Source of the DNA: Limisphaerales bacterium
GTDB taxonomy: Bacteria > Verrucomicrobiota > Verrucomicrobiia > Limisphaerales > JAJOIW01
Reading direction: 5' to 3'
DNA length: 64,000 nucleotides
NCBI GenBank assembly: GCA_965657355.1
Contig: CBFHOE010000006.1
Span: 47,217-111,216 of the forward strand
Below the pieces are notes generated by a model that was given only the letters and a program-made list of their open reading frames with translations, was not told the DNA's origin and searched no databases. Position numbers and translations under genes: made by a program. Positions 18,628-29,150 of this stretch are shown one piece after another. Positions within the stretch are counted from its first letter, which is position 1; the number at the start of each line of letters is the position of its first letter.

Positions 18628-19899
18628 ATGCAGAAAACATTTGATGCGATTATCATTGGAGGTGGCCCAGCAGGAGCCAGCGCCGCTACCATTCTAGCTG
18701 AATATGGACACGAGGTAATTGTAATAGAGAGAGAGAAATTTCCACGATATCACGTCGGTGAATCTCTCATTCCCTTCACCTCAGCCCCATTAAAACGGTT
18801 AGGGTTGAGAGACAGACTAGTCAAATCGTCCTTTACTAAAAAGCATTCCGTTCAATTTGTAGGTCGAAGTGGAAAATCATCCCAGCCCTTTTATTTTGCG
18901 GATAGATATCCAGATGATGTCGCTCAAACCTGGCAGGTACTCAGATCAGAATTTGATGAAATGATGCTTGATCACGCCAGAGATAAGGGAGCCCATGTTC
19001 TCGAAGAAACCAAAGTTCTGGATTTCATCTATGATGAAGAAAAAGTAGTCGGTGTCACAGCTAAATTAAATGACGGGTCGGAAGTCTCATTCAAAGCTCC
19101 AATCACATTGGATTGCACAGGAAAGGAAGCCTTTGGAGTCGGTAAAAAGAATTGGAGAGTCAAGGACCCATATCTCAATAAAGTAGCTGTTTGGACATAT
19201 TACAAAGGAGCAAAGAGGGATGAAGGTATAGACGAAGGGGCCACAACGGTTGCCTATGTCCCAAATAAAGGTTGGTTCTGGTATATCCCGCAGCATAATG
19301 ACATGGTCAGCGTTGGAGTAGTTGCTGAAGGAAAATACCTAACGAGAGACGGAGTGAGGGACTTAGAAGAAATTTTCAATCGTGAAGTCGAACAAAATGC
19401 TTGGATAAAAGAATACCTGTCCCATGGACAACAAGTAGGTTCTTACCGAATCACAAACGAATACACGTTCCATTCAAAACATTGCGCATCCCCCGGCTTA
19501 CTATTAGTTGGAGACGCTTTTAGTTTCCTGGACCCAGTCTTCTCGTCAGGACTTATGCTCGCTCTGAAAAGTGGAGTTATGGCGGGTGACGCGGTTCATG
19601 AATGTATTGAAAATAATGATTTTTCGCCTAGTATGTTTAAAGATTATGGGGCCACTCTGAGAGAAGGCTTGGAAAATATGCGGAAATTAGTCTATGCCTT
19701 TTATGATGAAAACTTTTCTTTTGCCCAAATTACCGATAAATACCCGCACCTTGCAGGTGAGATAACCGATTGTCTCAGTGGCGATGTCAATCGCGACTAC
19801 ACGGAGTTGTTCGAAGCTGTCTCAGAGTTTGCCAAGGTTCCAGATACATTGGAGCTTGGAGAGCCACTGAACAGCGAGGAATTAGAAGCGGTCCATTAA
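18628..19899 (+). CDS. Flavin-dependent halogenase-like oxidoreductase
   Basis: GGGPAG, 'FPRYHVGESL', Lys in 'FTKKHSVQF', WxWxIP (GWFWYIP), and 'VGDAFSFLDPVFSSG' (FxxPxxSxG). Confidence 0.8.
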   Translation: MQKTFDAIIIGGGPAGASAATILAEYGHEVIVIEREKFPRYHVGESLIPFTSAPLKRLGLRDRLVKSSFTKKHSVQFVGRSGKSSQPFYFADRYPDDVAQTWQVLRSEFDEMMLDHARDKGAHVLEETKVLDFIYDEEKVVGVTAKLNDGSEVSFKAPITLDCTGKEAFGVGKKNWRVKDPYLNKVAVWTYYKGAKRDEGIDEGATTVAYVPNKGWFWYIPQHNDMVSVGVVAEGKYLTRDGVRDLEEIFNREVEQNAWIKEYLSHGQQVGSYRITNEYTFHSKHCASPGLLLVGDAFSFLDPVFSSGLMLALKSGVMAGDAVHECIENNDFSPSMFKDYGATLREGLENMRKLVYAFYDENFSFAQITDKYPHLAGEITDCLSGDVNRDYTELFEAVSEFAKVPDTLELGEPLNSEELEAVH

Positions 19900-20441
19900 T
19901 TGTGAATGCGTGAACATAGAGGATGCTCTAAGAGTTTTCTTTTAATTCCAGAAGTAACAAAGAGACGTTATATGCGAAGGTATGAACCAGGCCATCCGTT
20001 AATGGACTGTTCTGGTTTGTTGTATTGATAATCCATTGCTTGAGTTAATAATAATCCAAAGCATATCAACCCAACTGTCTATCACGAACAGATCGCTTGT
20101 GGTTCAGTATAATTGAAATTCTTTTCAATCATAGAATGACTAATTCTGCGTTTAGTGGTTCAAATGGTATCATGGGACTTTTTCACAACACCAAATCACC
20201 TATTCCTCGGGAGCGTGGAATTGTTTTGTGCTCCTTGAATACATTTTTAACGCGTTTCTCAACTTTAGTTTTGTCGAGAGCGGCCCATTTATCCCTGCGC
20301 CTACCGTGCATGCAGATCAACAACAAAGAGTCACTGTTCCAAATCTTGTTGAGGAGCCTTGAAACAAATTTTGGCGCATCGTATCGTTGTTGTACATCTT
20401 AAATACACAAGTTAGAAAAATTTTTAGGCAAATAAAACCAC

Positions 20442-20927
20442 ATGAAAAGAGTGAGACTAATATCTTTTAAACTATTGAGACTTGTTGGAATGAGTATTCT
20501 TCTCATGGGCTGTTCCTCAAATTCGTCAAGCCTTTCCATCCATGACGCAGCTTGGAATGGAAATGTGGATGAAATTCAAAAACAATTGGAAGAGGGAGCA
20601 GATGTTAATACCAAACGCGATCAAACTACCCTAGGTCACATCGCCGCATTGAAAAAGGATAAGGTGATGATGAAGCTGCTGATTGCTAATGGAGTGGATT
20701 TAAATGCAACGGATAAAAATGGAGCTATGCCAATACACGTTGCAATACCCATGGGCGATATGGAGATGGTTGAATTATTGTTGAAAGAAAAAATAAAAAT
20801 AAATCATCAGGTCGAGTTTGGAAAATACAAAGGTATGACAGCCCTTAATATGGCATATGCTTTCAAAAAGAGTGAAATTGCTGAATTGCTTCAAAAAAAC
20901 GGCGCTAAAAAGGGCGAAGAATTGTAA
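20442..20927 (+). CDS. Ankyrin-repeat lipoprotein
   Basis: Lipobox-like LMGC, then ankyrin repeats ('IHDAAWNG', 'GADVN', 'PIHVA', 'GMTALNMA'). Confidence 0.85.
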   Translation: MKRVRLISFKLLRLVGMSILLMGCSSNSSSLSIHDAAWNGNVDEIQKQLEEGADVNTKRDQTTLGHIAALKKDKVMMKLLIANGVDLNATDKNGAMPIHVAIPMGDMEMVELLLKEKIKINHQVEFGKYKGMTALNMAYAFKKSEIAELLQKNGAKKGEEL

Positions 20928-20993
20928 TTTTACCAGTATTTCCACCGGCTACTCGGCGATAGAGACGGAAGATTTGTAGAACAGAAATGACGT

Positions 20994-21022
20994 GGTGGCT
21001 CAACATTGAACCACCTTTTTTT
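20994..21022 (+). terminator. Probable intrinsic terminator
   Basis: GGTGGCTCAA-CA-TTGAACCACC hairpin followed by T7. Confidence 0.6.
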
Positions 21023-21111
21023 GTGATAACAAAAGTTTTGAATGTTAAAAAAATCGGATTTCTTTTAATGGTTTAGACTAATTTAGAGCGATAACAACCA
21101 TCTGATAAAAA

Positions 21112-22119
21112 ATGAGACTTTTGCTGAATGGCTCTTTTATATTTTCATGCCTTTTACTGTGGGCGATTAATGCTCATGGTCAAAACGCCATTAAAATTCA
21201 GAGTGTCGGTTTTAACGGGACCCTTCATGACAATATTTCAAACGCCAAGAGGCAGGGAAGTGGGTTCCGCCCTCTTATTCACAATGCATATCCAGAGAAA
21301 AATCTCTTTCGTAACGATGGAGTTGGCTTCAACTTTGAGCACATTTTTAATGGAGCAAAGGATCAACACAAAATATCAATGTTTACGCCTCGGATGGATA
21401 CTTGCCATGCGAAAAAACTCAAGGAATCGAAATACCAGCTATCTTGGCCCAGCCAGGGATCCCATTGGGGATTAGCAGCGAAAATGATTTACGATTTCTC
21501 CGCTCCAAATCAAGTGGATATAGATTTTCAATGCTCGCCAGAGACCGTGACACTGTATTCCAAAGGATATATTGCGATGATGTGGGCGTCCTATATGAAT
21601 AATGCGATCGATAGGAGGATACACTTCTGGGGGAAAGATGGGGACGAAACCGGATGGGTTGCATTCGGTGAAAAAAACGATGGCAGCATGGAGGTCGGAA
21701 CTGTAAGCCATGTTAACGCTACTGATCTTCCTTTTGAAATAGGCGCTCAAACATTAAATCTGGTAACTCACCCGCATAAAAAATTTATTACCCCGTTTTA
21801 TTATGGAATTTTAGATGCTGATCAGAAAATAGAGACGGCTGGTGACGAAATTCTCTACCTTGTCATGTTTGATCAATTGACAAATATCCGATTTGCCATG
21901 TGGAATTTCATAAAAAATGAAAATGATCAACCCGATACACACAGCCCTGCGTGGGATTGGCAATTCATAGTGAGAGAACCAAAGGTTGGTCAAACTTATA
22001 AATACAAAACCAGGGTAGTTGTGAAACCATATAAAGGGGAAAATCAAATCTGGCGTGAATATGAGCGCTGGATCAAAGAATCAAAAGCTGCTCTTCCAGG
22101 CCCACCTAAACAAAGGTGA
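21112..22119 (+). CDS. Secreted hypothetical protein (possibly a beta-sandwich)
   Basis: Signal peptide ending AHG/Q. Aromatic-rich, with 'GFNFEHIF', 'MMWASYM' and 'SPAWDWQF'. Confidence 0.7.
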   Translation: MRLLLNGSFIFSCLLLWAINAHGQNAIKIQSVGFNGTLHDNISNAKRQGSGFRPLIHNAYPEKNLFRNDGVGFNFEHIFNGAKDQHKISMFTPRMDTCHAKKLKESKYQLSWPSQGSHWGLAAKMIYDFSAPNQVDIDFQCSPETVTLYSKGYIAMMWASYMNNAIDRRIHFWGKDGDETGWVAFGEKNDGSMEVGTVSHVNATDLPFEIGAQTLNLVTHPHKKFITPFYYGILDADQKIETAGDEILYLVMFDQLTNIRFAMWNFIKNENDQPDTHSPAWDWQFIVREPKVGQTYKYKTRVVVKPYKGENQIWREYERWIKESKAALPGPPKQR

Positions 22120-22308
22120 ATTAAGAAATTTTTAAATTGATAGCCACGAGAGAATTTTAGTGGACGAAGAAAACAACAGAAGTATTATGTGGTTATCACT
22201 AATAGGAGAGGGCTCCTATCATTTGGATGAGGTGGCCAACTCATTCTTTGCTTAAATAAATAAAATGAAATTTCCAGTTGGCCAATGGTTTGAGAAAGAA
22301 AATGTCTT

Positions 22309-23763
22309 GTGAAAGGTCTTGTTGACACGGTTAACAGGAAATCGGAAAAAGTCTTCTTGGTGGGCACCCTCCTGAATGGACAGGAAGAATGGGAAATGAA
22401 GGAATCCATGAGGGAACTTGCTGAGCTAGCCACCACGGCCGGAGCCGAAGTTATTTCAGAGGGGACCCAAAGGTTAGAGAAACCTATTGCGTCAACATAC
22501 ATCGGACCAGGCAAAGCAAAATCATTTGCCGAAGAATGTGCTGCATTTGGTGTGGATACCGTTTTGTTCGATGATGAACTTACTCCGGCTCAGACGAGGA
22601 ACCTAGAGGCGATATTCAATGCTAAAATCCTAGATAGAACAGCCCTCATACTTGATATTTTCGCGCAAAGAGCAAGAACGAGAGAAGGGAAATTGCAAGT
22701 AGAGCTTGCCCAGCTTCAGCATATCTACCCAAGACTCACCCGTTTTTGGACACACCTCTCGCGACAAAAAGGGGGAATTGGTATGCGAGGTGATGGGGAA
22801 TCCCAATTGGAGACAGATAGAAGACGAGTACAAGAAAAAATAAATAAACTAGAAAAAGATCTCCAAACGGTAAAAAAACAAAGAGCCACTCAGCGTGCTG
22901 GAAGACAAAGACATTTATGGCCACTAGCGTCAATTGTAGGTTACACCAACGCAGGGAAATCCACACTGCTGAATGCCTTAACAGGTTCCTCGACGATTTC
23001 AGAGGATAAATTGTTTGCAACACTTGATCCGACAACCCGAAGATTACGCCTTCCTACAAATCAAAATATTCTCCTTTCAGACACTGTTGGATTTATAAAA
23101 AAACTTCCTCATGATCTTGTGGAGGCATTTAAAGCAACGCTGGAAGAAGTCGTAGAGGCCGATTTACTTCTTCATGTTGTCGATGTCAGCCATCCATATG
23201 CTTCTGATCAAATCGAAGCCGTTGATCAGGTATTGAGTGAGATAGAGGCCGATGAAAAGCCAACCATAATGGTTTTTAATAAAGTGGATAATCTCGAAAC
23301 ATTGGAAGAAAAAGCTCAGTGGCTCGAAAAATTTCCAAATGCAAGATTTATTTCTGCTCAGTCGGAAATTGGTTTTGATGAACTCATGGCTGAGCTCAGT
23401 CGGCAAATGCGGCCAATTCGTAGAAAAATATCATTGAAGTTCCCTCATTCAGAATCTGCATTGATGGCTAAGCTCTTCCGGGTTGGTGAAGTTCTTTTTC
23501 AAGATTATGATGGCCCAGAGGCGATATTCGAGGCTCTTCTTCCTCCTCATGTGGTGCATGATTTTGAAGACTTCCTCGTTGAAGATAAGGAAAACGTGAG
23601 TGTGAATGTGAATGTGAATGCGCGTGGTGATGAAAAAGTGGAGCGAAAAGATCAAACGGGGGAAGAGGAACAGCGATTCTCGTCTAGCACTCCCGTCGAT
23701 CAAACCAAGGTCGTCAGAAAAACAGAGGGAACAACAGAGACACTTAGGGGCGGACTCGCTTAG
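22309..23763 (+). CDS. hflX: Ribosome-splitting GTPase HflX
   Basis: 'LILDIFAQRARTREGKLQVELAQL', 'GESQLETDRR', 'VGYTNAGKSTL', 'LFATLDPTTR', 'DTVGF' and 'NKVD'. Has an atypical C-terminal extension. Confidence 0.97.
   Translation: MKGLVDTVNRKSEKVFLVGTLLNGQEEWEMKESMRELAELATTAGAEVISEGTQRLEKPIASTYIGPGKAKSFAEECAAFGVDTVLFDDELTPAQTRNLEAIFNAKILDRTALILDIFAQRARTREGKLQVELAQLQHIYPRLTRFWTHLSRQKGGIGMRGDGESQLETDRRRVQEKINKLEKDLQTVKKQRATQRAGRQRHLWPLASIVGYTNAGKSTLLNALTGSSTISEDKLFATLDPTTRRLRLPTNQNILLSDTVGFIKKLPHDLVEAFKATLEEVVEADLLLHVVDVSHPYASDQIEAVDQVLSEIEADEKPTIMVFNKVDNLETLEEKAQWLEKFPNARFISAQSEIGFDELMAELSRQMRPIRRKISLKFPHSESALMAKLFRVGEVLFQDYDGPEAIFEALLPPHVVHDFEDFLVEDKENVSVNVNVNARGDEKVERKDQTGEEEQRFSSSTPVDQTKVVRKTEGTTETLRGGLA
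23596..23619 (+). repeat. Hexamer tandem repeat GTGAGT(GTGAAT)3
   Basis: Read directly. Encodes VSVNVNVN in the HflX tail. Confidence 0.8.
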
Positions 23764-24382
23764 CAATATTGAACTTATAGCCCAAATTCTTAAATGTGGA
23801 ATAAAGGGCTGTCGTTCGCATGAATTGGCAGAGAAGCTCCTGTGCGAATTCCCTTCTCTTGAAGCATTGGCGACCGCGCCTTTGGAGGAATTACAAACCC
23901 AAAAGGGAATTGGGAGAAAAAACGCTATGGCATTGAAATGTGCTTTTACCCTGGCTAAAAGGCTATCCCAGGAAAGACACGGACATGTGGCCAGATTCGA
24001 TAATCCAAGGAAAGTCGCCGATTTTTTAAGAGAAGAAATGCGCTTGCTTCCGCAAGAAAATCTTTTTCTTCTCATGCTGAATTCGAGAAATGGGCTGATA
24101 AAAAAGGAGAAAATCGGAAAGGGCACGGTGGATTCATTACTAGTGCACCCACGAGAAATCTTTAGGCCAGCTATCCAATCGAATGCAGCAGCAGTCATAA
24201 TGGTTCACAATCACCCGAGTGGAGACCCAACACCCAGTGAACACGACATTAGGGCCACCGAGGAAATCGTCAAAGCAGGAGATTTACTCAAAATACGCGT
24301 TCATGACCACATCATCATAGGCAAAAAATCCTGCGAGAAGCCATTGGATTTTGTTTCAATGAAATCTTACGGATATATTTAA
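23618..24382 (+). CDS. radC: RadC/JAB-domain protein
   Basis: 'GADSLSNIELIA', HhH 'KGIG', 'VHPREIF', JAB 'HNHPSGDPTPSEHD' and 'DHIIIG'. Start uncertain. Confidence 0.92.
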   Translation: MRVVMKKWSEKIKRGKRNSDSRLALPSIKPRSSEKQREQQRHLGADSLSNIELIAQILKCGIKGCRSHELAEKLLCEFPSLEALATAPLEELQTQKGIGRKNAMALKCAFTLAKRLSQERHGHVARFDNPRKVADFLREEMRLLPQENLFLLMLNSRNGLIKKEKIGKGTVDSLLVHPREIFRPAIQSNAAAVIMVHNHPSGDPTPSEHDIRATEEIVKAGDLLKIRVHDHIIIGKKSCEKPLDFVSMKSYGYI

Positions 24383-24777
24383 AATTTATATAAGTAGGGC
24401 GGCAGCGTCGGGTTCACATACATTCCTACTATGTATTCGAACCCGAGAGGTTTCCCCTCAAGGAACAGCTTTCGGTGCTCGTTGATGTAACGGCACACGA
24501 GCACGTAGTAGACACGATTGCAGATCGCTAGGCTGTAGAGAAGCAGACCCAGGGAAAGTCCAGCACCGAGGACTCCCATTGCAGCGGGAATCATATCGAT
24601 TCCCTTTTCGGTCGAGTATTGATAGAGCCCGATCGCCGTCCCGAGGATTGCGATGTAGGCGGTGAAGGCGAAGCGGCAGACGTTCCAGATTTGGGAGTCG
24701 TAATGGCGCAGTTGAGTGAAGCACTGATTGAAGTCGCGCTCTAAAAACTTAACTGCTTCGTCACTCCCATTTTCCAT
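24379..24777 (-). CDS. Small two-TM protein, GC-rich, possibly 3'-truncated
   Basis: Helix-TM-TM-helix layout. Hand count gives about 54% GC over 24421-24720. Its stop overlaps the radC stop. Confidence 0.6.
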   Translation of the reverse strand: MENGSDEAVKFLERDFNQCFTQLRHYDSQIWNVCRFAFTAYIAILGTAIGLYQYSTEKGIDMIPAAMGVLGAGLSLGLLLYSLAICNRVYYVLVCRYINEHRKLFLEGKPLGFEYIVGMYVNPTLPPYLYKF

Positions 24778-24993
24778 TCTACGTCATCTAGGGTATAACT
24801 ATCCAGAGGTAACTAAAGTTCCACAACGAATTTCTTAAGACAAGAAAAGTTCCTATATTGGTCTGTTTTTCCTTGGAAATGGCATGGTTTTGGGCCATTT
24901 GGCTTTTGTTGGTGATTTAATTGTTTCTGAATCTTGAATCATCTCTTCCCACTATCAGACCCTACTTGCTAGGATTTGATCTGACATTCATAT

Positions 24994-26169
24994 TCAATCG
25001 AATTTTATCTTCACTACGCCATCCGTGTAATCAACAGCATTCACATTAATATTCCCTTTGCTTGGCGAGTGTAATATAGCAAATAAGCTTTCATGGTCCG
25101 ATTTGAAGGATATTTCATTATTCTCTGCATTTGATGAGTTGTATTTTTTTTCTCTCCATGGCCCTGTAATATTATCTGACACCAATAATAAAATTTCATT
25201 ACTTGGAGGAACAAACACTAAATAGTTGAGAAAAACATCACCACTACCACCTTCAAATTCTTCCACACGTAACCTGAAAATATTCCTACCTCCATTTATA
25301 TAAATGGGGATTCCATTCTCAGATAAAGAGACTGTTTTGTAGACACCTTTGGTTTCCACAACATTAAACTTCCCGTGCTCTTCATATTCCTTTTTACTAT
25401 TAACCGTTCCAAATCCTATTTTTGCATCGCTTTGACTATTCAATTTTATCCGCAAATGTGGTTGCCAGTGACCTTGAGGCAGATCACTAGTATAATTAAA
25501 CCAGTCTTTTTCTCTAATTGAAGTTAGGGATTTATCGAAAACAACTACCCCGTCATCACCAGCAACCCATTCATGGCGTCTAAAGTAATCCCCTGAATCT
25601 ATTATCCCAACTTTGTCTATAGGCCTGAAATCGTTATTCGACTTACTAGATGTGTAATAATCCTCTCCAACTTCTCCATTTTTCCCCTCATAATCTGGAG
25701 GCCATAAAATTCTTTTCCCATTCTCAAAATCGTAACATTCTAATTCAAGAATCGGTAAAGTTAACTTAAATGTATCCAGATTTGAGGTTTTCTTAACTAT
25801 GGATTCTTCATCAGTCCCATAAACTGTCAATTCAACAGAAAACAGGTCGTTGATTGGGAATATATTTCCAGCATATTCCCAAAATTTTATTACTTGCTCC
25901 TTATCTATCCAGCCACTTGATGCTGACAACGGAGTCATGTTTTTACCATCTATCTTAATTACGCTAAAATCCTTTGCATCCTCACCATATTGGGTTACAT
26001 ATGAGAACTTATTTTCATACCCTTTAGTATTCTCAGCATCAATGAAATGCATTCCATCTGGAGGTGTCGTTTCTAACAAAGCCACAGGACCCTGTCCATT
26101 CACATGACATAGACTATAGGCAATAAGAATTTGAAATATACATATATTACAAATGATTCTTTTTTTCAT
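24994..26169 (-). CDS. Secreted hypothetical protein
   Basis: Track ORF is 24994..26247. The ATG at 26169 gives a signal peptide (MKKRIICNICIFQILIAYSLCHVNG/Q). AT-rich. Confidence 0.7.
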   Translation of the reverse strand: MKKRIICNICIFQILIAYSLCHVNGQGPVALLETTPPDGMHFIDAENTKGYENKFSYVTQYGEDAKDFSVIKIDGKNMTPLSASSGWIDKEQVIKFWEYAGNIFPINDLFSVELTVYGTDEESIVKKTSNLDTFKLTLPILELECYDFENGKRILWPPDYEGKNGEVGEDYYTSSKSNNDFRPIDKVGIIDSGDYFRRHEWVAGDDGVVVFDKSLTSIREKDWFNYTSDLPQGHWQPHLRIKLNSQSDAKIGFGTVNSKKEYEEHGKFNVVETKGVYKTVSLSENGIPIYINGGRNIFRLRVEEFEGGSGDVFLNYLVFVPPSNEILLLVSDNITGPWREKKYNSSNAENNEISFKSDHESLFAILHSPSKGNINVNAVDYTDGVVKIKFD

Positions 26170-27078
26170 TAATATTGTATTTATATTGAGTACTTTTACT
26201 AAGAAGCCAAAGTATATCTTTTTTGTTTTCCCAAGAACTCTTTGCACTTTTTTGAAGCCTTTGCTGCGTAGAGTTCCTATTTTCTGGGTTCACTTTTTGT
26301 TTCACTAAAGGCCCAATCCATTTCCTGTTTTGCACATGACCGTCTGTAAATGCGATTGGTGTCGCCCCGTTATGAAGAGCGCCAGGTATTTTATCCCATT
26401 CCAGCCTTACCCCATCGGCTGCCACCCCACGAGCGACCCTTTGAGTTGGTGTCCCTACGTCTCCAGGGTGTGTATCCGAGAACACAAAAATTTTACTCGG
26501 ATTTTTGACTTGGTAATATCTTCTGAATACAAGTGCCCCGAACGCCTCTTTTTCCCAAGAAAAACTACCTCTAGCAGACCCAGGCTGGTCTCCTAAATAC
26601 CAATTCATAGTCACGTTTCTCATCCTCTTGCTCCACCCTAACTTTTTTTGATCTTGGCTAAGGTATCGATCTTCTGGGCACCTATAAACATCCACAGCTG
26701 AATAAGGAATATATTTTGAAAAAAGAGCTAAGTTTGGATGTGCAAGCTCCTGAATATTAGTATTTGAAGAATGTTGTCCGAAAGTGATTCTTCCAGATAC
26801 CCAAGGATCAGGCCAAAAATTTTTTCTGCAGGGATTCTTTCTACTGAGACATTAGTCTCACCATTGAGAATAAGCCACCCATCATTATCTGTTGAGTATA
26901 GATGCCATGCATTTACGAGTTGTTTTTTGTTGCTAATACACTTAATAGCACGGGCTTTACTTTTAGCCTCTCCCAAAACTGGAATTAAGATACTGGATAA
27001 TACGGCAATTACTCCAATAACGACAAGAAGCTCTATCAATGTAAAACCTAATCTCGGTTGGCTTATTTGTGTTTTCAT
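26147..27078 (-). pseudogene. Prepilin-type N-terminal cleavage/methylation plus H-X9-DG protein, split by a 1-nt frameshift
   Basis: The 5' ORF has [11 protein letters not shown]...KCISNKKQL and the 3' ORF has YRCPED and HNGATPIAFTDGH. Adding one base in the A6/T5 run (26815-26825) joins them via ...FWPDPWVSGRITFGQHSSNTNIQELAHPNLALFSKYIPYSAVDVYRCPED. Confidence 0.8.
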
Positions 27079-27173
27079 TGAACGCCCTTTTATAAAATAA
27101 ATAAATAAAAAATACTCTCGACAACTATCATACCGAGAGTATTGGGGAACCTTTCACACTTATTTATTTAATT

Positions 27174-29150
27174 TTAGTCATAAAGAGCTACATCATCTAG
27201 TCCTGGAATACCAACTGCAACTCCTGAATGTAAACTAAAGATGAAAAAGGTAACGCTGTATCCCAAGTTTCCATTTGAGGTTAGACCTAGAATATTCTCA
27301 TCTTCGTTTGATCCCGTTCCATTTGTCCCAGAATTAATACCAGAACTGCTACCATTCCAAACCACAGCTCTTCCCCCGTTCGTTACACTCGTCGGGTCAT
27401 AATATGGGGCACCGGCGCAAACGTCATAGTATGTGTCTTCGTCCCAGTCTCTGAGATCGACGGAATGGCCTAACTTAGCCGACGCTTGGTCACTTTCACC
27501 TTTCCAATCATATGAAGTACTTAAGCCTGATGTAGACCCATGGAATACAAATATCCCACCCTCATTAGACTGGCCATTACTATATTGGGGAGCCCCAATA
27601 ACAATATCGTTGTAAGAGTCATTATTTACTGAACCTCCTCCAGAGATACTGAATCCAAACCTCGGGCTTCCGCTACCCCCATACAAAGTTTGGGACACAG
27701 ATGAAGATGGCCCAGAACTAGATCCGTTAAACACTCTAACCAGGCCTTCATTAGAATTATAATCTGGAGCCCCAACCACAACATCACCATAACTATCATT
27801 ATTTATCGACGCCACGATTGCCACCTCGGCCCCGAATATACCGTAGCCATTTGTTGTGTCGTCAGGAGCGGTATAACTCCAAGAAGAATATGTATCGACA
27901 AGCCCTGAAGATTGCCCATCGAAAAGATAAGCCGTGCCCAGGTAATAGTTTGTTCCATTCTCCAATGGAGCCCCAAGTAAGAGATCATCATAACCATCAT
28001 TATCTACATCCCCAGAGGCACTTACACTCCAGCCGAACTTTCCATTGGACACAGATCCGTCAATAGTAACTGGTGAAGATGCAAAATGGCTGTCAGCTTC
28101 CCATAAATATACACGACCAGTGTCACTAGAATACCCTGGAGCTCCAACGGCAATGTCATAATCGTCATCGTCATTGAAGTCACCTTTACCACAGACATCA
28201 TATCCTAATAGTGCATATGCACTATTAGATTCATATGACCATGCTGCAGTTGATCCGACTATATCTCCGACGAGATTTAAATCGAGAAAGTAATACACGC
28301 TGCCTTCATTTGTTTGTCCTCCATCATATTTCGGCGCTCCAATCAGTATCCCTTTATCATCTCCGCCGGAACCAGTAACCGAGGTTATACTAAAACCGAA
28401 TTCTGAGTTACTTGACCCGCTTACTGAATCGCCTCTACTAAGCGGATCTACAAGCACGGGATAAGCAGCATTACTGTCATCTACGACTATGAAAAACTCA
28501 CCATTTTCAGATTGAACGAATGATGAATTCAGTTTTACACCGTTGTTATCAAAAACATTTAAATCTGAATATGTGGCTACCCTGTCTCCGTTCATCACAC
28601 TATAAAATTCGATTATGGTACCACCTTCATTTAATTGTGGTGATAAATTTAATAAATTTATCGAAAGGTGAAGAACTAATTTTTCCTGTCCTTTTGGTGG
28701 GTTTGTTATCAAGAAGTTCTGCCGAACACCATCTTCGGAGTTATTATAATCTATAATAACATTTTCGTGAACAGACACTAACTTTCTGTAATCTGCACGT
28801 ATACTTTTGTGCGCTCTTGGCTTATTGAGAACAGGGCCTTTAGAATAACTTTCTAGTCCTATTGTGTAGCTCCAATCGTGTTCGTAAGATTTTTTATCTC
28901 TCAGTTCAATTTTATGCTTACCTGGATAAAAGGACACACGAAAATTGTGTATGCGGTTAGGAGCTTGATATAAATCCACATGGGGTTGTCATCGAATTTC
29001 ATATTCCTGCTCTTTTATTTTTCTTTTCACATCTTCCAATTGAGATGCTTTTAGTTGGGAATCTGCCGAAAACGCGATTACAGCCAATAACAGGGATAGC
29101 GACTTACTCCGCTGGCTTTGTTGACTTTCGAATAATCAAAACCAATACAT
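27174..29150 (-). pseudogene. FG-GAP (integrin-alpha-like) repeat secreted protein with an interrupted 5' end
   Basis: Track ORF 27174..28979 has repeated 'FGxS...GDxxxDxYxDxxxGAP'. The frame continues upstream through TGA 28991-28989 (EQEYEIR*QPHVDLYQAPNR) into a hydrophobic signal-like stretch. A second in-frame TGA is at 29138-29136. Confidence 0.7.

Noticed and set aside
20097..20402. 101-aa ORF in the gap after the halogenase-like gene
   Set aside because: TTG start, no RBS and no recognisable motif. I also saw no tRNA or other RNA structure in 19900-20440.
23449..24198. 249-aa antisense ORF and the many other short overlapping ORFs in the track
   Set aside because: They are shadows of well-supported genes on the opposite strand or another frame and carry no motifs.
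28989..29138. TGA recoding (alternative genetic code or selenocysteine)
   Set aside because: TGA is a normal stop in conserved genes here (phoB, recD2, eboE). The context is not a redox Cys site and I saw no SECIS-like hairpin.
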